Of a stretch of 32,000 nucleotides of DNA, positions 8,870 through 19,630 are shown one piece after another. The DNA lies in the NCBI RefSeq assembly GCF_000195975.1, contig NC_005070.1:990001-1022000 (forward strand). The letters are read 5' to 3'. Numbering within the stretch: the stretch's first letter is position 1; every line of letters begins with the position of its first letter. This DNA comes from Parasynechococcus marenigrum WH 8102. GTDB lineage: Bacteria > Cyanobacteriota > Cyanobacteriia > PCC-6307 > Cyanobiaceae. The notes under the pieces are model-generated. The model made no database searches, was not told the DNA's origin, and saw nothing but the letters and a program-made list of their open reading frames with translations. The translations under genes were made by a program, and so were the position numbers.

Positions 8870-9517
8870 TTGCCCAACCTCCCGGCGCCTTACGTCAGCC
8901 CCTGGAAAGAGTTCGCCCGCAACCTGCGGGCTCTCTGGGCTGATCTGGGCCTGCGAGGCCGGGAGCTCTGGCGTCGCAACCGGGAGGGGGATCTTTCCAT
9001 ACCGGGGTTCTGGCCCAACAACCTGCTGCCCTGGTTCTGGCCTGCGGTTCTGGCCCTGGTGCTGGCCGCCCTTGTGTCAGCTGGGGTTCTGCTGATGCCG
9101 CCGCCGATAGAACCGGTCCATCCCTCGCCACCGCCCCCGGTTGCCATCCGCGAACTTCCGGCCCCCGACCCAATCCCTGAGGAGGAGCCGGTGGCGATCA
9201 TCCCTGAGCCAGAGCCGCCACCACCGCTGCGCATCGATCCGCTGCTGGAGCTGTTTCTGGATGGTTCAGCGCCAGAAGATCTTCTGCTGGCGGCCCAGCC
9301 CGATGGCGTGAACAACCGCCTTGAGCTGCGCCTTGCTGAGAGCTGGTGGGATCTGCCGGAAGCCCGCCGCCATGAACTTGCTCATGCCTGGCAGGCCCGT
9401 TGCGCGGATCTGGGCTACGGCGAGCTGCGGTTGCTGGCGCGCGACGATCAGTTGATCGGGCGGTCAGCCCGGGTCGGCAGCGGCATGATCCTGTTCAACA
9501 ATGTGGCTCCTGCATGA
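8870..9517 (+). CDS. Hypothetical single-pass membrane protein with a proline-rich linker
   Basis: TTG start 2 nt after the glgA stop. TM helix LLPWFWPAVLALVLAALVSAGVLL, followed by a P/E-rich stretch and an alpha-helical-looking C-terminal domain. The stop overlaps the murF ATG (ATGA). No family recognised. Confidence 0.6.
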   Translation: MPNLPAPYVSPWKEFARNLRALWADLGLRGRELWRRNREGDLSIPGFWPNNLLPWFWPAVLALVLAALVSAGVLLMPPPIEPVHPSPPPPVAIRELPAPDPIPEEEPVAIIPEPEPPPPLRIDPLLELFLDGSAPEDLLLAAQPDGVNNRLELRLAESWWDLPEARRHELAHAWQARCADLGYGELRLLARDDQLIGRSARVGSGMILFNNVAPA

Positions 9518-10863
9518 CCCTGCGGATCCAGCAGCTCATTGATCTCTGGGGGGAACCGCAGGGGGCTGTAGTGAACCCGGATCAACCCGTTGGGACGATC
9601 TGCACCGACAGCCGCCAACTGAAGGCCGGCAATTTCTTTGTTCCCCTGGTGGGGGAACGCTTCGATGGTCACCGCTTTCTCGAGCAGCTGCCGGCGTTGG
9701 GGGGGCAGGGGGCTGTGGTGTCGCTGGACTGGACAGCGCCGCTTCCTTCCGGATTGCTGCACTGGCGGGTGGATGACACCCTGGCGGCCTACCAACAGCT
9801 GGCGTTGTTGCACCGCCGTCAGCTCGGCCTGCCCCTGGTGGCCGTGACCGGTTCCGCCGGCAAGACCACGACCCGGGAGTTGATTCGGGCTGTGCTGGCG
9901 CCGCTGGGGGCAATTCAAGCCAGTGACGGCAACAACAACAACGACATCGGCGTGCCCCTCACCGTGTTGGGAGCGGGCTCGGACCATGCCGCTCTGGTGA
10001 TTGAGATGGGCATGCGCGGACCGGGGGAGATCGCCCGCTTGTCCCGCTGCACCGAACCGGATGTGGCAGTGATCACCAACATCGGCACAGCCCACATCGG
10101 GCGGTTGGGCAGTCGCGAGGCCATCGCCACCGCCAAGTGCGAGATCACGGCTGCCCTTCATCCGCAGGGGGTGGTGGTCATCCCCGCCGGCGACCCGTTG
10201 CTGGAGCAGGCTCTCGCTGCTGTCTGGCAGGGGCGGGTGCTGCGGGTGCGCTTGGAGGATGACCCGGACATCACTGCTGACCTGATCGGCGCCGCTCGGA
10301 ACGATCGTCTCCTGCTGGATGAGGCTTCGATCCCTCTTCCGCTGGATGGTCGTCATAACGCCCGCAACCTGCTGCTGGCTCTGGCGGTGGGCTCCCATCT
10401 GGGGGTTGATCCAGCCAGCGCTGCGCAGTTGCAGGTCAACATCCCCGGCGGCCGCAATCGACGTTTGCAGCAGGGGGGACTCACGCTGCTGGATGAGACC
10501 TACAACGCCTCGCCCGAGGCGGTGCTGGCGGCTCTCGACCTTCTCGCCGATCAGCCGGGCCGGCGTTTCGCGGTGCTGGGCACCATGTTGGAGCTGGGGG
10601 ATCGCAGCATTGAGCTCCATCAGCAGGTGGCCGCCAGGGCCGCTGCACTGAAGCTGGATGGGGTGGTGCTGGTGGATGGCGGCGACGAAGGCCAGGCCAT
10701 GGCCAACGTTGTTTCCTGCCTGGATCGTCTGGCTCTGGTCGCAACGCCTGAGGCAGCAGCTGTCCCCCTGGGCCAGTGGCTCCAGGCCGGTGATGTGGTG
10801 CTGCTCAAGGCCAGCCGCGGTGTTGCCCTGGAACGGTTGATCCCCCTGCTGCCGTCGGTTTAG
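9514..10863 (+). CDS. murF: UDP-N-acetylmuramoyl-tripeptide--D-alanyl-D-alanine ligase
   Basis: Mur-ligase P-loop [13 protein letters not shown] and [12 protein letters not shown]. The real start is taken as ATG 9514 ([13 protein letters not shown]). The track ORF start at 9400 overlaps the previous gene. Confidence 0.9.
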
Positions 10864-12221
10864 GCCGGACGGTCTGCCCAGCCCTCCTTGCTCAACTGCT
10901 TTGCGCGGCCGATGGCCAGGGCGCCATCAGGCACATCCTTGGTGATCGTTGATCCGGCTCCAACCGTCACCTTGGCCCCCAGGGTCACAGGTGCCACCAG
11001 CACCGAATTGGCGCCGGTCTTGCTGCCGTCGCCGATCACCGTGCGGTGCTTGCGTACACCGTCGTAATTGGCAGTGATCGTGCCGGCTCCCACGTTGACG
11101 TTCTCACCGAGGCTGGCGTCGCCGATGTAACTGAGGTGGTTGATCTTGCTGCCGGCACCCACCTGGCTTTTCTTCACCTCCACAAAGTTGCCGATCCGGC
11201 AACCATCGGCGATGTCGGCCGCCGGACGCAGATGAGCAAAAGGTCCAATGGCAACGCCATTGCCCACCGTAGCCTCCCGTACAACGGAATGCAGTACGGA
11301 AACGTCGCTGCCCAGCTCGGCATTTTCAAGCAGGCTGCCAGGCCCCAGGCGGCAGTTGTCGCCGATGCGGCAGCTACCGCGCAAATGGGTCTGCGGTTCG
11401 ATCACCACATCGCGACCGAAGCAGCAGTTTTCACTGAGGGTGCAGCTGCCGGGGTCGACGAAGGTGACGCCCTCCGCCATCCAGTGGTCGCGCAGGCGCT
11501 GCTGCAGAACGGCTTCACATTGGGCGAGTTGCTTGCGGTTGTTGATGCCGTTCACCTCATCGGGATCGGCGACTTCAACGTGCATGGCCTTTGGCAGCAT
11601 CGCCACCGTGTCCGTCAGGTAAAGCTCCCCCTGGTCGTTGTCGGTGCTCAGCTTTGGCAGGACCTCCGCCAGCGCCTGCCAGTTGAAGCAATAGATGCCG
11701 GCGTTGGTGAGGTTGTTGCTGAGCTGCTCCTCGGAGCAGTCACGATGCTCAACGATGGCGCTCACCTTTCCATCGGCATCGACAAACACCCGGCCGTAGC
11801 CGGTCGGGTCCTCCAGGCGTGCCGTCAGCAGCGTGACATCGGCTCCGCTCTCGCGGTGGCCATTCACCAGGGATTCAATGGTCTCCGCCCGCAGCAGGGG
11901 CACGTCTCCGTTGAGCACCAGCAATTCACCCTCAAATCCCTGCAGCACCGGCAGCAGCTGTTGCACGGCATGGCCGGTGCCGTTCTGGGGTTGCTGCAGC
12001 ACGAATTCGAGTAAGCCGATGGCTGCCAGCTGCTCCTCCACCCGGTCGGCCTGATGCCCCACGATCAGCATGCGACGGTCCGGCTGAAGGTTGGCGGCAC
12101 TGGCGAGCACCCGTTCCACGAGGGTGGCACCGGCCAGGGGCTGCAGCACCTTGGGCAGAGCGCTCTTCATCCGGGTGCCTTTTCCAGCGGCCAGAACGGC
12201 GACGGCAAGCATCTCGGCCAT
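10860..12221 (-). CDS. glmU: Bifunctional UDP-N-acetylglucosamine pyrophosphorylase / glucosamine-1-phosphate N-acetyltransferase
   Basis: N-terminal [22 protein letters not shown]. The C-terminal half has left-handed beta-helix hexapeptide repeats, including [11 protein letters not shown]. Start candidates are TTG 12227, ATG 12221 and ATG 12212. Confidence 0.92.
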
Positions 12222-12239
12222 GAACAAACCGGCCGGAAT

Positions 12240-13166
12240 CTACCGGGATTGGAGGGCAGCGTCCCCTCGCCAGCGTCGCTGCCAGGCATTGGTGGGTTCT
12301 AGGCCACAGGCCTGTTGTTCAAGAACCCGTTTCTCGAGGATCTCGCTGGAGCTGGCCTCACCATCGGGATCCCGGAAGGGAACGGCGGCGCGGGTGAACA
12401 GATGCTCTTTCTCCATCGGGCTGAAGGGACGCCAGCCAGGACCTTCCGCAGTGCACGAACCGCCCGGTTGCACCGCCATCGTTCCGCTGCTCCAGCCGAC
12501 CCGTTCCCCAGGAGCCGGCAGCAGTGAGTACAGCTGCAACCCGGCCCGTTGAAGACTGGCCCGCACCGCCGCCGATCGGCTGTAGGTGAGCAGCCGTCCC
12601 CCCGGTGCCAAACGTGCGGAGAGTCCAGCGAGGAATTCCTCGGTCCACAGCTCCGGGCAGCGTTGGGGGGAAAACGCGTCCTGCAGGATCAGGTCGAACC
12701 TCTGCTGGTCCGGAATCCGCGCGAGCGCGGTTCTCGCATCTCCCCAGAGCTGATGCCCAATGTTCGGTGGATCGCTCCAGCCGTCATTGGCCTGGATCCC
12801 CTCCAGTCGCTCCAGAACATCCGCTCTCCACAGCCCCCGAAATGTCGGTTGCTCGAGGGCCAGATCCAGCGGTCGCCTGTCCAGTTCCAGGCCCCACCAC
12901 TGCACGGCAGGGGTTGGCTCGGGCAGGTTTTCCAGGATCACCGCAGTGTTGTAGCCAAGGCCAACGCAGACATCGAGGATCCTGAGACGATCGGCAGCAC
13001 AGAAGCGGTTCAGCTCAGCCGGGCGCGAGAACTTCGCCCGTGCTTCGTTCAGCGCGCCAGCTGAATTGTGGAACGGCTCTCCGAACCGCTCGCTTTCCAG
13101 GCTGAAACTGCCATCGGCCGTGGGGTAGGCCCGCAGGCCATCGGCATCAGCAGCGGAGCCGGTCAA
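12240..13166 (-). CDS. MnmC2/MnmD-like SAM-dependent tRNA methyltransferase family protein with a C-terminal extension
   Basis: [32 protein letters not shown] and [11 protein letters not shown] resemble the stand-alone methyltransferase domain of MnmC. TTG start at 13166 overlaps the aroA 3' end by 20 nt. Confidence 0.65.
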   Translation of the reverse strand: MTGSAADADGLRAYPTADGSFSLESERFGEPFHNSAGALNEARAKFSRPAELNRFCAADRLRILDVCVGLGYNTAVILENLPEPTPAVQWWGLELDRRPLDLALEQPTFRGLWRADVLERLEGIQANDGWSDPPNIGHQLWGDARTALARIPDQQRFDLILQDAFSPQRCPELWTEEFLAGLSARLAPGGRLLTYSRSAAVRASLQRAGLQLYSLLPAPGERVGWSSGTMAVQPGGSCTAEGPGWRPFSPMEKEHLFTRAAVPFRDPDGEASSSEILEKRVLEQQACGLEPTNAWQRRWRGDAALQSR

Positions 13167-14472
13167 GGTCGTCCCAGAAACTGGGGTAGCTCACGGCTGC
13201 AGCATCGCTGCGCTGCAGGGTCGAATCCCCAGACGCCAGCAATGAGGCCACCGCCAGGCTCATCGCCACCCGGTGGTCGGTTTCGCTGTCCAGAGCAGCG
13301 CCCTTCAACGGGCGTCCGCCGTGGATGGTCATGCCGTCCTCATGCTCCTCGATCTCAGCACCCATGGCCTTGAGCTGGCGTGCCATCACCGCCAGGCGAT
13401 CGGTTTCCTTCACCCGCAGCTCCGAGGCGCCGCTGATCCTGCTTTCGCCGTCGCAGAAGCAGGCGGCGACGCTGAGGATCGGAACCTCATCCACGAGGCG
13501 GGGCATGATTTCTTCTCCGATAGAAAACGGTTGCAACGGCCCATGGGTGATCCTCAGGTCGCCCACCGGTTCACCGGCCACATCGCGACGGTTCAGCACC
13601 TCGATCTGTGCATTCATCTGCTCGAGCACCTCGAGAATGCCTGTTCGGGTGGGATTGAGGCCGACGTTCTCAATGGTGAGGTCCGCGCCAGGCACCAGGG
13701 CACCGGCCACCAGCCAGAAGGCTGCTGAGCTGATGTCCCCCGGGACGACCACCTGTTGGCCCTTCAGGGTGTTGCCGGGGCGAACGGTGATGTGACGCCC
13801 CATCTCGCCACCCACCTGGAGATCAGCACCAAAGGCCCGCAGCATCCGCTCGCTGTGGTCGCGGGACTGGGCCGGTTCGATCACGGTGGTGGTTCCGTCG
13901 GCCGTCAGGGCCGCCAGCAGCAGGGCCGACTTCACCTGAGCGCTGGCTACAGGCGTTCCGATCACCGTGCCACGCAGGCTCTGCCCCTGCACCGCCAATG
14001 GAGCGAGGTTGCCTCCGTCACGGCCCCGCACATCCGCCCCCATCGAGGCCAGGGGCTGACCCACCCGCCGCATCGGCCGGCGACGCAGGGAGGCATCACC
14101 ATCCAGCACGAAGTGACGGCCGGCCCGTCCAGCCAGCAACCCCAGCATCAGGCGCATGGTGGTGCCGGAGTTGCCGCAATCGAGAATTTCAGCGGGTTCC
14201 TGAAGTCCGTCCAGGCCCACCCCCTCAACGGTGACGAGGCCGGCGGCCTCGATCGGGCTGATCAGCACACCCATTGCCCGCAGGCAAGCGGCGGTGCTGA
14301 TGGGGTCTTCCGCCGGCAGCAGACCGTCGATGGTGGTGGTGCCCTCCGCGATGGCACCGAACAGCAGGGATCGGTGGGAGATCGACTTGTCTCCCGGCAC
14401 CTTCACATGACCGGACAAGGACCCGCCGGCCTTGAGTTCACGGGCAGGGTGAGAAGGGCCGTTGGCGCTCAA
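13147..14472 (-). CDS. aroA: 3-phosphoshikimate 1-carboxyvinyltransferase (EPSP synthase)
   Basis: [35 protein letters not shown] and RVKETDRL motifs. 441 aa. Confidence 0.94.
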   Translation of the reverse strand: MSANGPSHPARELKAGGSLSGHVKVPGDKSISHRSLLFGAIAEGTTTIDGLLPAEDPISTAACLRAMGVLISPIEAAGLVTVEGVGLDGLQEPAEILDCGNSGTTMRLMLGLLAGRAGRHFVLDGDASLRRRPMRRVGQPLASMGADVRGRDGGNLAPLAVQGQSLRGTVIGTPVASAQVKSALLLAALTADGTTTVIEPAQSRDHSERMLRAFGADLQVGGEMGRHITVRPGNTLKGQQVVVPGDISSAAFWLVAGALVPGADLTIENVGLNPTRTGILEVLEQMNAQIEVLNRRDVAGEPVGDLRITHGPLQPFSIGEEIMPRLVDEVPILSVAACFCDGESRISGASELRVKETDRLAVMARQLKAMGAEIEEHEDGMTIHGGRPLKGAALDSETDHRVAMSLAVASLLASGDSTLQRSDAAAVSYPSFWDDLDRLRC

Positions 14473-14496
14473 GAGTGATCCGTCGTTGGGCCGATC

Positions 14497-16059
14497 CTAT
14501 GGGCTGGTCTTCAGGCCCTGGATCAAGCGATCGAGGGCGTAGCCGAACAGGCTCGGATCCGGTTCGTCCTGGCCGAGTCCATCCAGTCCGAGTTCGGACC
14601 AGCGCGCGGACACCCGCTCCTCCAGGTCGGCCGGACGGCTGAGCGGTTCCCCCCAATCGTGGTTTTTCTCCGGACCCACCTTCGTGGTGGCGTCGATGGC
14701 CAGGCGGCCGCCCAGCCCCAGTTGCTCGCTGGCGAAATCGAGGCTGTCGAAGGGGGTGTCCGCCAAGGTGAACAAATCCCGCTGAGGATCTACCTGTGCT
14801 GCGATCGCCCACACCACCTGGCGCGGGTCCCGCACGTTGATGTGCTTGTCCACCACCACCACGAACTTGGTGTAAGTGAACTGGGGCAGGGCACTCCAGA
14901 ACGCCATCGCTGCGCGTTTGGCCTGGCCGGGATAGGCCTTGTCGATCGAGATCACCGCCAGCTTGTAGCTGAGGGCTTCCATCGGCAGGAAGAAGTCCGT
15001 GATTTCCGGAATCTGCTGACGCAGGATCGGGGTGTAGATGCGGTTCAGGGCGATGGCCAACATCGCCTCTTCCTTGGGAGGACGCCCACTGAAGGTGGTG
15101 AGGAACACCGGATCCCGTCGCTGCGTCATGCAGTGGAAGCGCACCAGCGGTGAGTCCTCCACTCCGCCGTAGAAGCCCATGTGGTCGCCGAAGGGACCGT
15201 CGGGCAGCACCTCGCCGGGGGTGATGGTCCCCTCCAGGACCACTTCACTGTGGCTAGGCACTTGCAGATCCAGGGTCTTGCAGGGGGTGAGACGCACCCC
15301 CTCGCCGGCGTAGATCCCAGCAAACAACCATTCACTCAGCTGCACGGGAATCGGGGTGGCGGCGGCCATCACCAGCAGCGGGTGCACGCCGATGGCAACA
15401 GCCACCTCAAGCTTCTTGCCCATCGCTGCAGCCTTGCGCAGATGGCGGGCACCGCCTCGCACGCTGAGCCAATGCACGGTCATGGTGTTCACCGACTGCC
15501 TCTGCAGCCGGTAGACCCCCACATTCGGCACGCCGGTTTCCGGGTCTTTGGTGATCACAAGCCCCAGGGTGATCACCCCACCCGCGTCCCCTGGCCAGGG
15601 GCGGATCAAGGGGATGTTGTAGAGGTTGACCGCGTCGCCTTTGAAGATCTGCTGCCGGCAGGGGGGTGTCAGATCACGGTCGGGTTTGGCCTTCACCAGA
15701 TCCCAGAACACTCGTGCGAACTGCTTGGTTTCGCTGAGTCCCTTCGGGGGGCGTGGTTGCTGCAGTAGGGCCAGCCTCGAGCCAAGGTCCTCCAGCTGCT
15801 CGGCCCGTTCGAGACCCATGCTCCAGACCACCCGTTCCACGGTGCCGAGGGTGTTTACCGCCACCGGCATCGACGACCCGATCACGTTCTCGAACAACAG
15901 GGCGGGCCCCCCCTGGGAGAGCACACGGTCTGCAATGGCCGCCAGTTCAAGATCGGGGTCCACCGCTGCTGTGATCCGCTTGAGCTGTCCTCGCTGATCT
16001 AGCAGCTGCAGAAATCCGCGCAGGTCGCGGGTGGCCGGGCCAGATCGGAACAGTGCCAT
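14497..16059 (-). CDS. ubiD: UbiD-family (de)carboxylase, probable 4-hydroxy-3-polyprenylbenzoate decarboxylase of plastoquinone synthesis
   Basis: Family-typical [13 protein letters not shown] and full-length UbiD architecture. The start is taken as ATG 16059 ([17 protein letters not shown]). The track start at 16125 would overlap the divergent gene. Confidence 0.88.
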   Translation of the reverse strand: MALFRSGPATRDLRGFLQLLDQRGQLKRITAAVDPDLELAAIADRVLSQGGPALLFENVIGSSMPVAVNTLGTVERVVWSMGLERAEQLEDLGSRLALLQQPRPPKGLSETKQFARVFWDLVKAKPDRDLTPPCRQQIFKGDAVNLYNIPLIRPWPGDAGGVITLGLVITKDPETGVPNVGVYRLQRQSVNTMTVHWLSVRGGARHLRKAAAMGKKLEVAVAIGVHPLLVMAAATPIPVQLSEWLFAGIYAGEGVRLTPCKTLDLQVPSHSEVVLEGTITPGEVLPDGPFGDHMGFYGGVEDSPLVRFHCMTQRRDPVFLTTFSGRPPKEEAMLAIALNRIYTPILRQQIPEITDFFLPMEALSYKLAVISIDKAYPGQAKRAAMAFWSALPQFTYTKFVVVVDKHINVRDPRQVVWAIAAQVDPQRDLFTLADTPFDSLDFASEQLGLGGRLAIDATTKVGPEKNHDWGEPLSRPADLEERVSARWSELGLDGLGQDEPDPSLFGYALDRLIQGLKTSP

Positions 16060-16123
16060 TGAGGCGACGAGGAGATCACGGGCGATCTCGGTACTGTGTC
16101 GCACGCCGATGATGAGCGTGGCC

Positions 16124-16852
16124 ATGCAGATCTTCTATTTCCACGTTCCGGCGGAGATGCCGGCGGATGCCAGCCCCGATGCAGCGGTGGTGATCGATGT
16201 GCTGCGCGCCACCACCACCATCGCCTGGGCTCTGCACCACGGGGCGGAAGCGGTGCAGGCCTTTGCTGACCTGGAGGATCTGCGGGCGGCGGCCGAGGCC
16301 TGGCCTGCCGACCAGCGACTGCTGCTGGGCGAGCGCGGCGGGCAGACCCTGGCGGGCTTTGACTTGGGCAATTCCCCCGTGGCTGTCGTACCCGCCACGG
16401 TGTCCGGCAAACGTCTGTTCATGAGCACCACCAACGGCACCCGTGCCCTGGATCGGGTGCGTCAGGTGCCTTTGTTGGTGACAGCTGCTCTGCCGAACCG
16501 TGAAGCGGTGGCCCAGCGTCTGTTGAAGGAATCACCTGAAACCGTGGCCATTGTGGGCAGCGGTTGGGAAGGGACGTACTCCCTCGAGGATTCCCTGGCT
16601 GCGGGTGCTCTGGCGGCGCGCCTGCAGGAGCTGAGTCAAGCGGTGACGCTCGCCAACGATGAAGCCACAGCAGCCACGGCCCTTTGGCAGCAGTGGCGTC
16701 ATGATCCCGAAGCCTGTCTGCGAACGGCCAGCCACGGGCAACGGCTGATCCGGCTTGGTGACCATGACGACGACTTCCGCTGCTGTGCCGGTCTGGACCA
16801 GTTGAGTGTCGTTCCAACGCAACAGTCGCCGGGAGTGCTGCAGGCGATCTGA
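16124..16852 (+). CDS. 2-phosphosulfolactate phosphatase (ComB) family protein
   Basis: [17 protein letters not shown] near the N-terminus is the ComB-family signature. The start is taken as ATG 16124 (MQIFYFHVP). The track ORF start at 16031 lies in the ubiD 5' region. Confidence 0.75.
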   Translation: MQIFYFHVPAEMPADASPDAAVVIDVLRATTTIAWALHHGAEAVQAFADLEDLRAAAEAWPADQRLLLGERGGQTLAGFDLGNSPVAVVPATVSGKRLFMSTTNGTRALDRVRQVPLLVTAALPNREAVAQRLLKESPETVAIVGSGWEGTYSLEDSLAAGALAARLQELSQAVTLANDEATAATALWQQWRHDPEACLRTASHGQRLIRLGDHDDDFRCCAGLDQLSVVPTQQSPGVLQAI

Positions 16853-16886
16853 ACGCCTCTAAAGTCCGATTCATCTTCCAGATCCC

Positions 16887-17708
16887 GTGAACGACTTCCT
16901 GGCGGCTGCCGTGCAACTCACGAGCAGCCAGGACCCGGAAATCAATTTCAATGCCGCCGAGGAGCAGATCGATCTGGCGGCACGACGTGGTGCGGATCTG
17001 GTGGGTTTGCCTGAGAACTTCGCCTTCATGGGCGAGGACAGTCGCCGCCTCGAGCTGGCGTCTGACCTGGCCGAACGCTGCAGCCGCTTTCTGGTGACGA
17101 TGGCGCGGCGTTACCAGGTGGTGCTGCTGGGCGGAGGATTCCCTGCGCCGGTGGGTGATGGCTCAAGGACGTTGAACCGGGCAGAACTGGTGGACCGGGA
17201 TGGCCAGCTGTTGGCCCGTTACGACAAGATCCACCTCTTCGACGTTGACCTTCCCGACGGCAACACCTACCGCGAGTCGGCAACCGTGAATGCCGGCCAG
17301 GAGTTGCCGCCTGTGGTGGATGTGCCGGGTCTGTGCAAGGTGGGTCTGTCCATCTGTTACGACGTTCGCTTTCCTGAGCTGTATCGACACCTCGTGGGTG
17401 CTGGAGCCGATCTGCTGATGATTCCAGCCGCTTTCACCGCCTTCACCGGCAAGGACCACTGGCAAGTGCTGCTTCAGGCCCGAGCCATTGAAAACACCGC
17501 CTACGTGCTGGCTCCGGCGCAGACCGGCCAGCACTACGGGCGTCGCCACAGCCATGGTCACGCCTTAGTGATTGATCCCTGGGGCACGGTTTTGGCCGAT
17601 GCAGGTGTGTTGCCTGGGGCTGCCATTGCACCCGTCAACACAGCCCATCAGGGACATGTTCGGGATCAGATGCCGAGTCTGCGCCACCGCCGGCCGGCAT
17701 TGTTCTGA
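16887..17708 (+). CDS. Carbon-nitrogen hydrolase (nitrilase superfamily; Nit/omega-amidase-like)
   Basis: Glu-Lys-Cys triad contexts GLPENFAFMG, RYDKIHLFD and VGLSICYDVRFPELY. GTG start. Confidence 0.85.
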   Translation: MNDFLAAAVQLTSSQDPEINFNAAEEQIDLAARRGADLVGLPENFAFMGEDSRRLELASDLAERCSRFLVTMARRYQVVLLGGGFPAPVGDGSRTLNRAELVDRDGQLLARYDKIHLFDVDLPDGNTYRESATVNAGQELPPVVDVPGLCKVGLSICYDVRFPELYRHLVGAGADLLMIPAAFTAFTGKDHWQVLLQARAIENTAYVLAPAQTGQHYGRRHSHGHALVIDPWGTVLADAGVLPGAAIAPVNTAHQGHVRDQMPSLRHRRPALF

Positions 17709-17713
17709 CGTCG

Positions 17714-18808
17714 ATGTTGAGGGCGACGCCCCGCCGATGGCGCTGCTTTGCGGCAGTGGCACTGCAGCTTTGTTTGATGCTGCCCTCGCTGCCGGCTCAG
17801 GCGGCCAGTGCTCTGGCGGCCTGGGCGCTCACTGAGAACGGCACGCTGCAATTGCGCACCAGCCGCAATGCCAGGCTTCAGGCCTTTTTTCAGGACGCCA
17901 GCGACGGCCGCGGCACCCGCGTCTGGATCGATTTTCCCGGTGAAATTCGCTTTCCCCGTCGGCTGAGCGGCCGCGGCGCGGTCAAGGAGATTCGACTGGG
18001 CAAGCCACGGCCTGGGGCCACGCGCCTGGTGGTGGAGTTCCGTCCCGGTGTGGAACTGGATCCCAGTCAATTGAAGCTGAGAGGGACGGCTCCCGATCGC
18101 TGGGAGCTGAAATTCACCGGTTTGCCCACCCGTGGGCTCGATGATTTGGGTGAAGGGGATCTCTCGGGCCGCGCCACGGCCTGGCAACCTCCAGGCCGCT
18201 TCGCCCCAAGCCGCACGCCGGTGGATCCCTCCGGACTCCCCACCGTGACCCGCGGCCGCTACACAATCGTCATCGACCCCGGCCACGGCGGACCGGATCC
18301 TGGCGCAGTCGGCATCGACGGTCTGCGGGAGACCGATGTTGTGCTGGATGTGTCTATGCAGGTGGCCGCTCTGTTGCGAGCCCGCGGCGTCGACGTGTTG
18401 CTGACGCGCACCGGAGATGTGGATGTCGATCTTCCGCCGCGGGTTTCCCTGGCGAATCGCTCCTCCGCCACCGCCTTCATCAGCATCCATGCCAATGCCC
18501 TCAGCATGCGGCGCCAGGACGTCAATGGGATTGAAACCTTTTTCTTCTCGGACCCTCGATCCGGCCGCTTAGCCGGCTATCTGCAGCAGCAGATTATGGA
18601 TGTGTCGCCTGGAACGCCCAACCGCGGTGTGCGCCGCGGTCGCTTCTTTGTGATCCGGCGGACGGTGATGCCGGCCGCATTGGTGGAGATGGGTTTTGTG
18701 ACCGGAGCCATCGATGCCCCCCGACTCGCCAGGGCTGATCACCGGCGTCGCCTGGCCCTTGCCCTGGCCACGGGGATTCTTAACTACCTCCGCCAGGAGG
18801 TGCGATGA
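17714..18808 (+). CDS. amiC: N-acetylmuramoyl-L-alanine amidase (Amidase_3) with an N-terminal AMIN-like domain and a signal peptide
   Basis: Signal-like AAVALQLCLMLPSLPAQAAS. Catalytic-domain motifs IVIDPGHGGPDPGAVG, FISIHANAL and ALVEMGFVT. Confidence 0.88.
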   Translation: MLRATPRRWRCFAAVALQLCLMLPSLPAQAASALAAWALTENGTLQLRTSRNARLQAFFQDASDGRGTRVWIDFPGEIRFPRRLSGRGAVKEIRLGKPRPGATRLVVEFRPGVELDPSQLKLRGTAPDRWELKFTGLPTRGLDDLGEGDLSGRATAWQPPGRFAPSRTPVDPSGLPTVTRGRYTIVIDPGHGGPDPGAVGIDGLRETDVVLDVSMQVAALLRARGVDVLLTRTGDVDVDLPPRVSLANRSSATAFISIHANALSMRRQDVNGIETFFFSDPRSGRLAGYLQQQIMDVSPGTPNRGVRRGRFFVIRRTVMPAALVEMGFVTGAIDAPRLARADHRRRLALALATGILNYLRQEVR

Positions 18809-19593
18809 GTCCGCGGCTTGGCTTTTTTGACAGCGGTGTCGGGGGATTGACCGTGCTTCGGCGGGTGCTGGAACGCCATGGTTCGGTGGCGTGTGTGTAT
18901 CTAGGTGATACAGCCAGGGTTCCCTACGGCAACCGACCTCCAGCGGAGATTCGTCGCATTGCCGCTGAAGTGGTCGGCTGGTTGCGCGATCAGCAGGTGT
19001 CGACGGTGGTGATGGCCTGCAACACCACCAATGCCCTGGCACGGGATGTGGCTGAGGGGCAGGCGGGTGGCCCGGTGATCGGGCTGATCGGTGCCGCGGC
19101 GGCCATGGTGGAGACCCGGCGGGTGGGGGTGCTGGCGACACCAGCCACGGTGGCCTCGGCGGCCTACAGCGCCAGCATCGAAGCCCTCCATCCCGGAGCT
19201 CTTGTCGTGGAGCAGGCCTGTCCGGCTTTCGTTCCCTTGATTGAGGCCGGTGACTTCAGCAGTGATGAGCTGAGACAGGTGGCCAAGGTTTATCTCGAAC
19301 CCCTCTTAGCGGCCTCCGTGGAGACGATTGTGCTCGGCTGCACCCACTACCCATTGCTGATTCCTTTGTTGAAGCAGCTGCTGCCGGATGCCATTCAGTT
19401 GGTTGACCCTGCACTCGGAGTGGCCCGTCAGCTTGATGCTGTTCTCGGTGTTCCCCGGTCAACACCCGGCGACACCCTTGAGCTTGGGCAATGCCGCTTT
19501 TGCGTCACGGCGGATCCTGATGGTTTTGCCAACCGCGCCACTCCCTGGCTGGGGGCCCGTCCTGAGGTTCATCTGCAACGGCTGCAGAGCTGA
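18805..19593 (+). CDS. murI: Glutamate racemase
   Basis: LGFFDSGVGGLTVL, VMACNTTNA and LGCTHYPLL (the two catalytic Cys contexts). The ATG overlaps the amiC stop (ATGA). Confidence 0.92.
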   Translation: MSPRLGFFDSGVGGLTVLRRVLERHGSVACVYLGDTARVPYGNRPPAEIRRIAAEVVGWLRDQQVSTVVMACNTTNALARDVAEGQAGGPVIGLIGAAAAMVETRRVGVLATPATVASAAYSASIEALHPGALVVEQACPAFVPLIEAGDFSSDELRQVAKVYLEPLLAASVETIVLGCTHYPLLIPLLKQLLPDAIQLVDPALGVARQLDAVLGVPRSTPGDTLELGQCRFCVTADPDGFANRATPWLGARPEVHLQRLQS

Positions 19594-19630
19594 GGCCATC
19601 ACCACTAGGATCGCGGCGCCGAGGGGTTTC

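Noticed and set aside
9100-9235. Apparent repeat of CCG/CCA/GAG triplets
   Set aside because: This is the coding sequence of the Pro/Glu-rich linker of the 215-aa membrane protein. It is not a DNA-level tandem repeat, CRISPR array or REP element.
9928-9945. AAC microsatellite (aacaacaacaac)
   Set aside because: It encodes the NNNN stretch in a MurF loop. It is too short and in-frame to be a meaningful repeat feature.
9448-10620. 390-aa minus-strand ORF opposite murF; similar long antisense ORFs lie opposite glmU (11046-12014), acs (22202-23170), amiC (17666-18490), sds (19790-20626), menD (4901-5674) and the ABC exporter (29418-30473)
   Set aside because: All lie opposite confidently identified genes. 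They have Arg/Gly/Pro/His-rich compositions and no motifs. This is the expected artefact of a high-GC genome, not overlapping genes.
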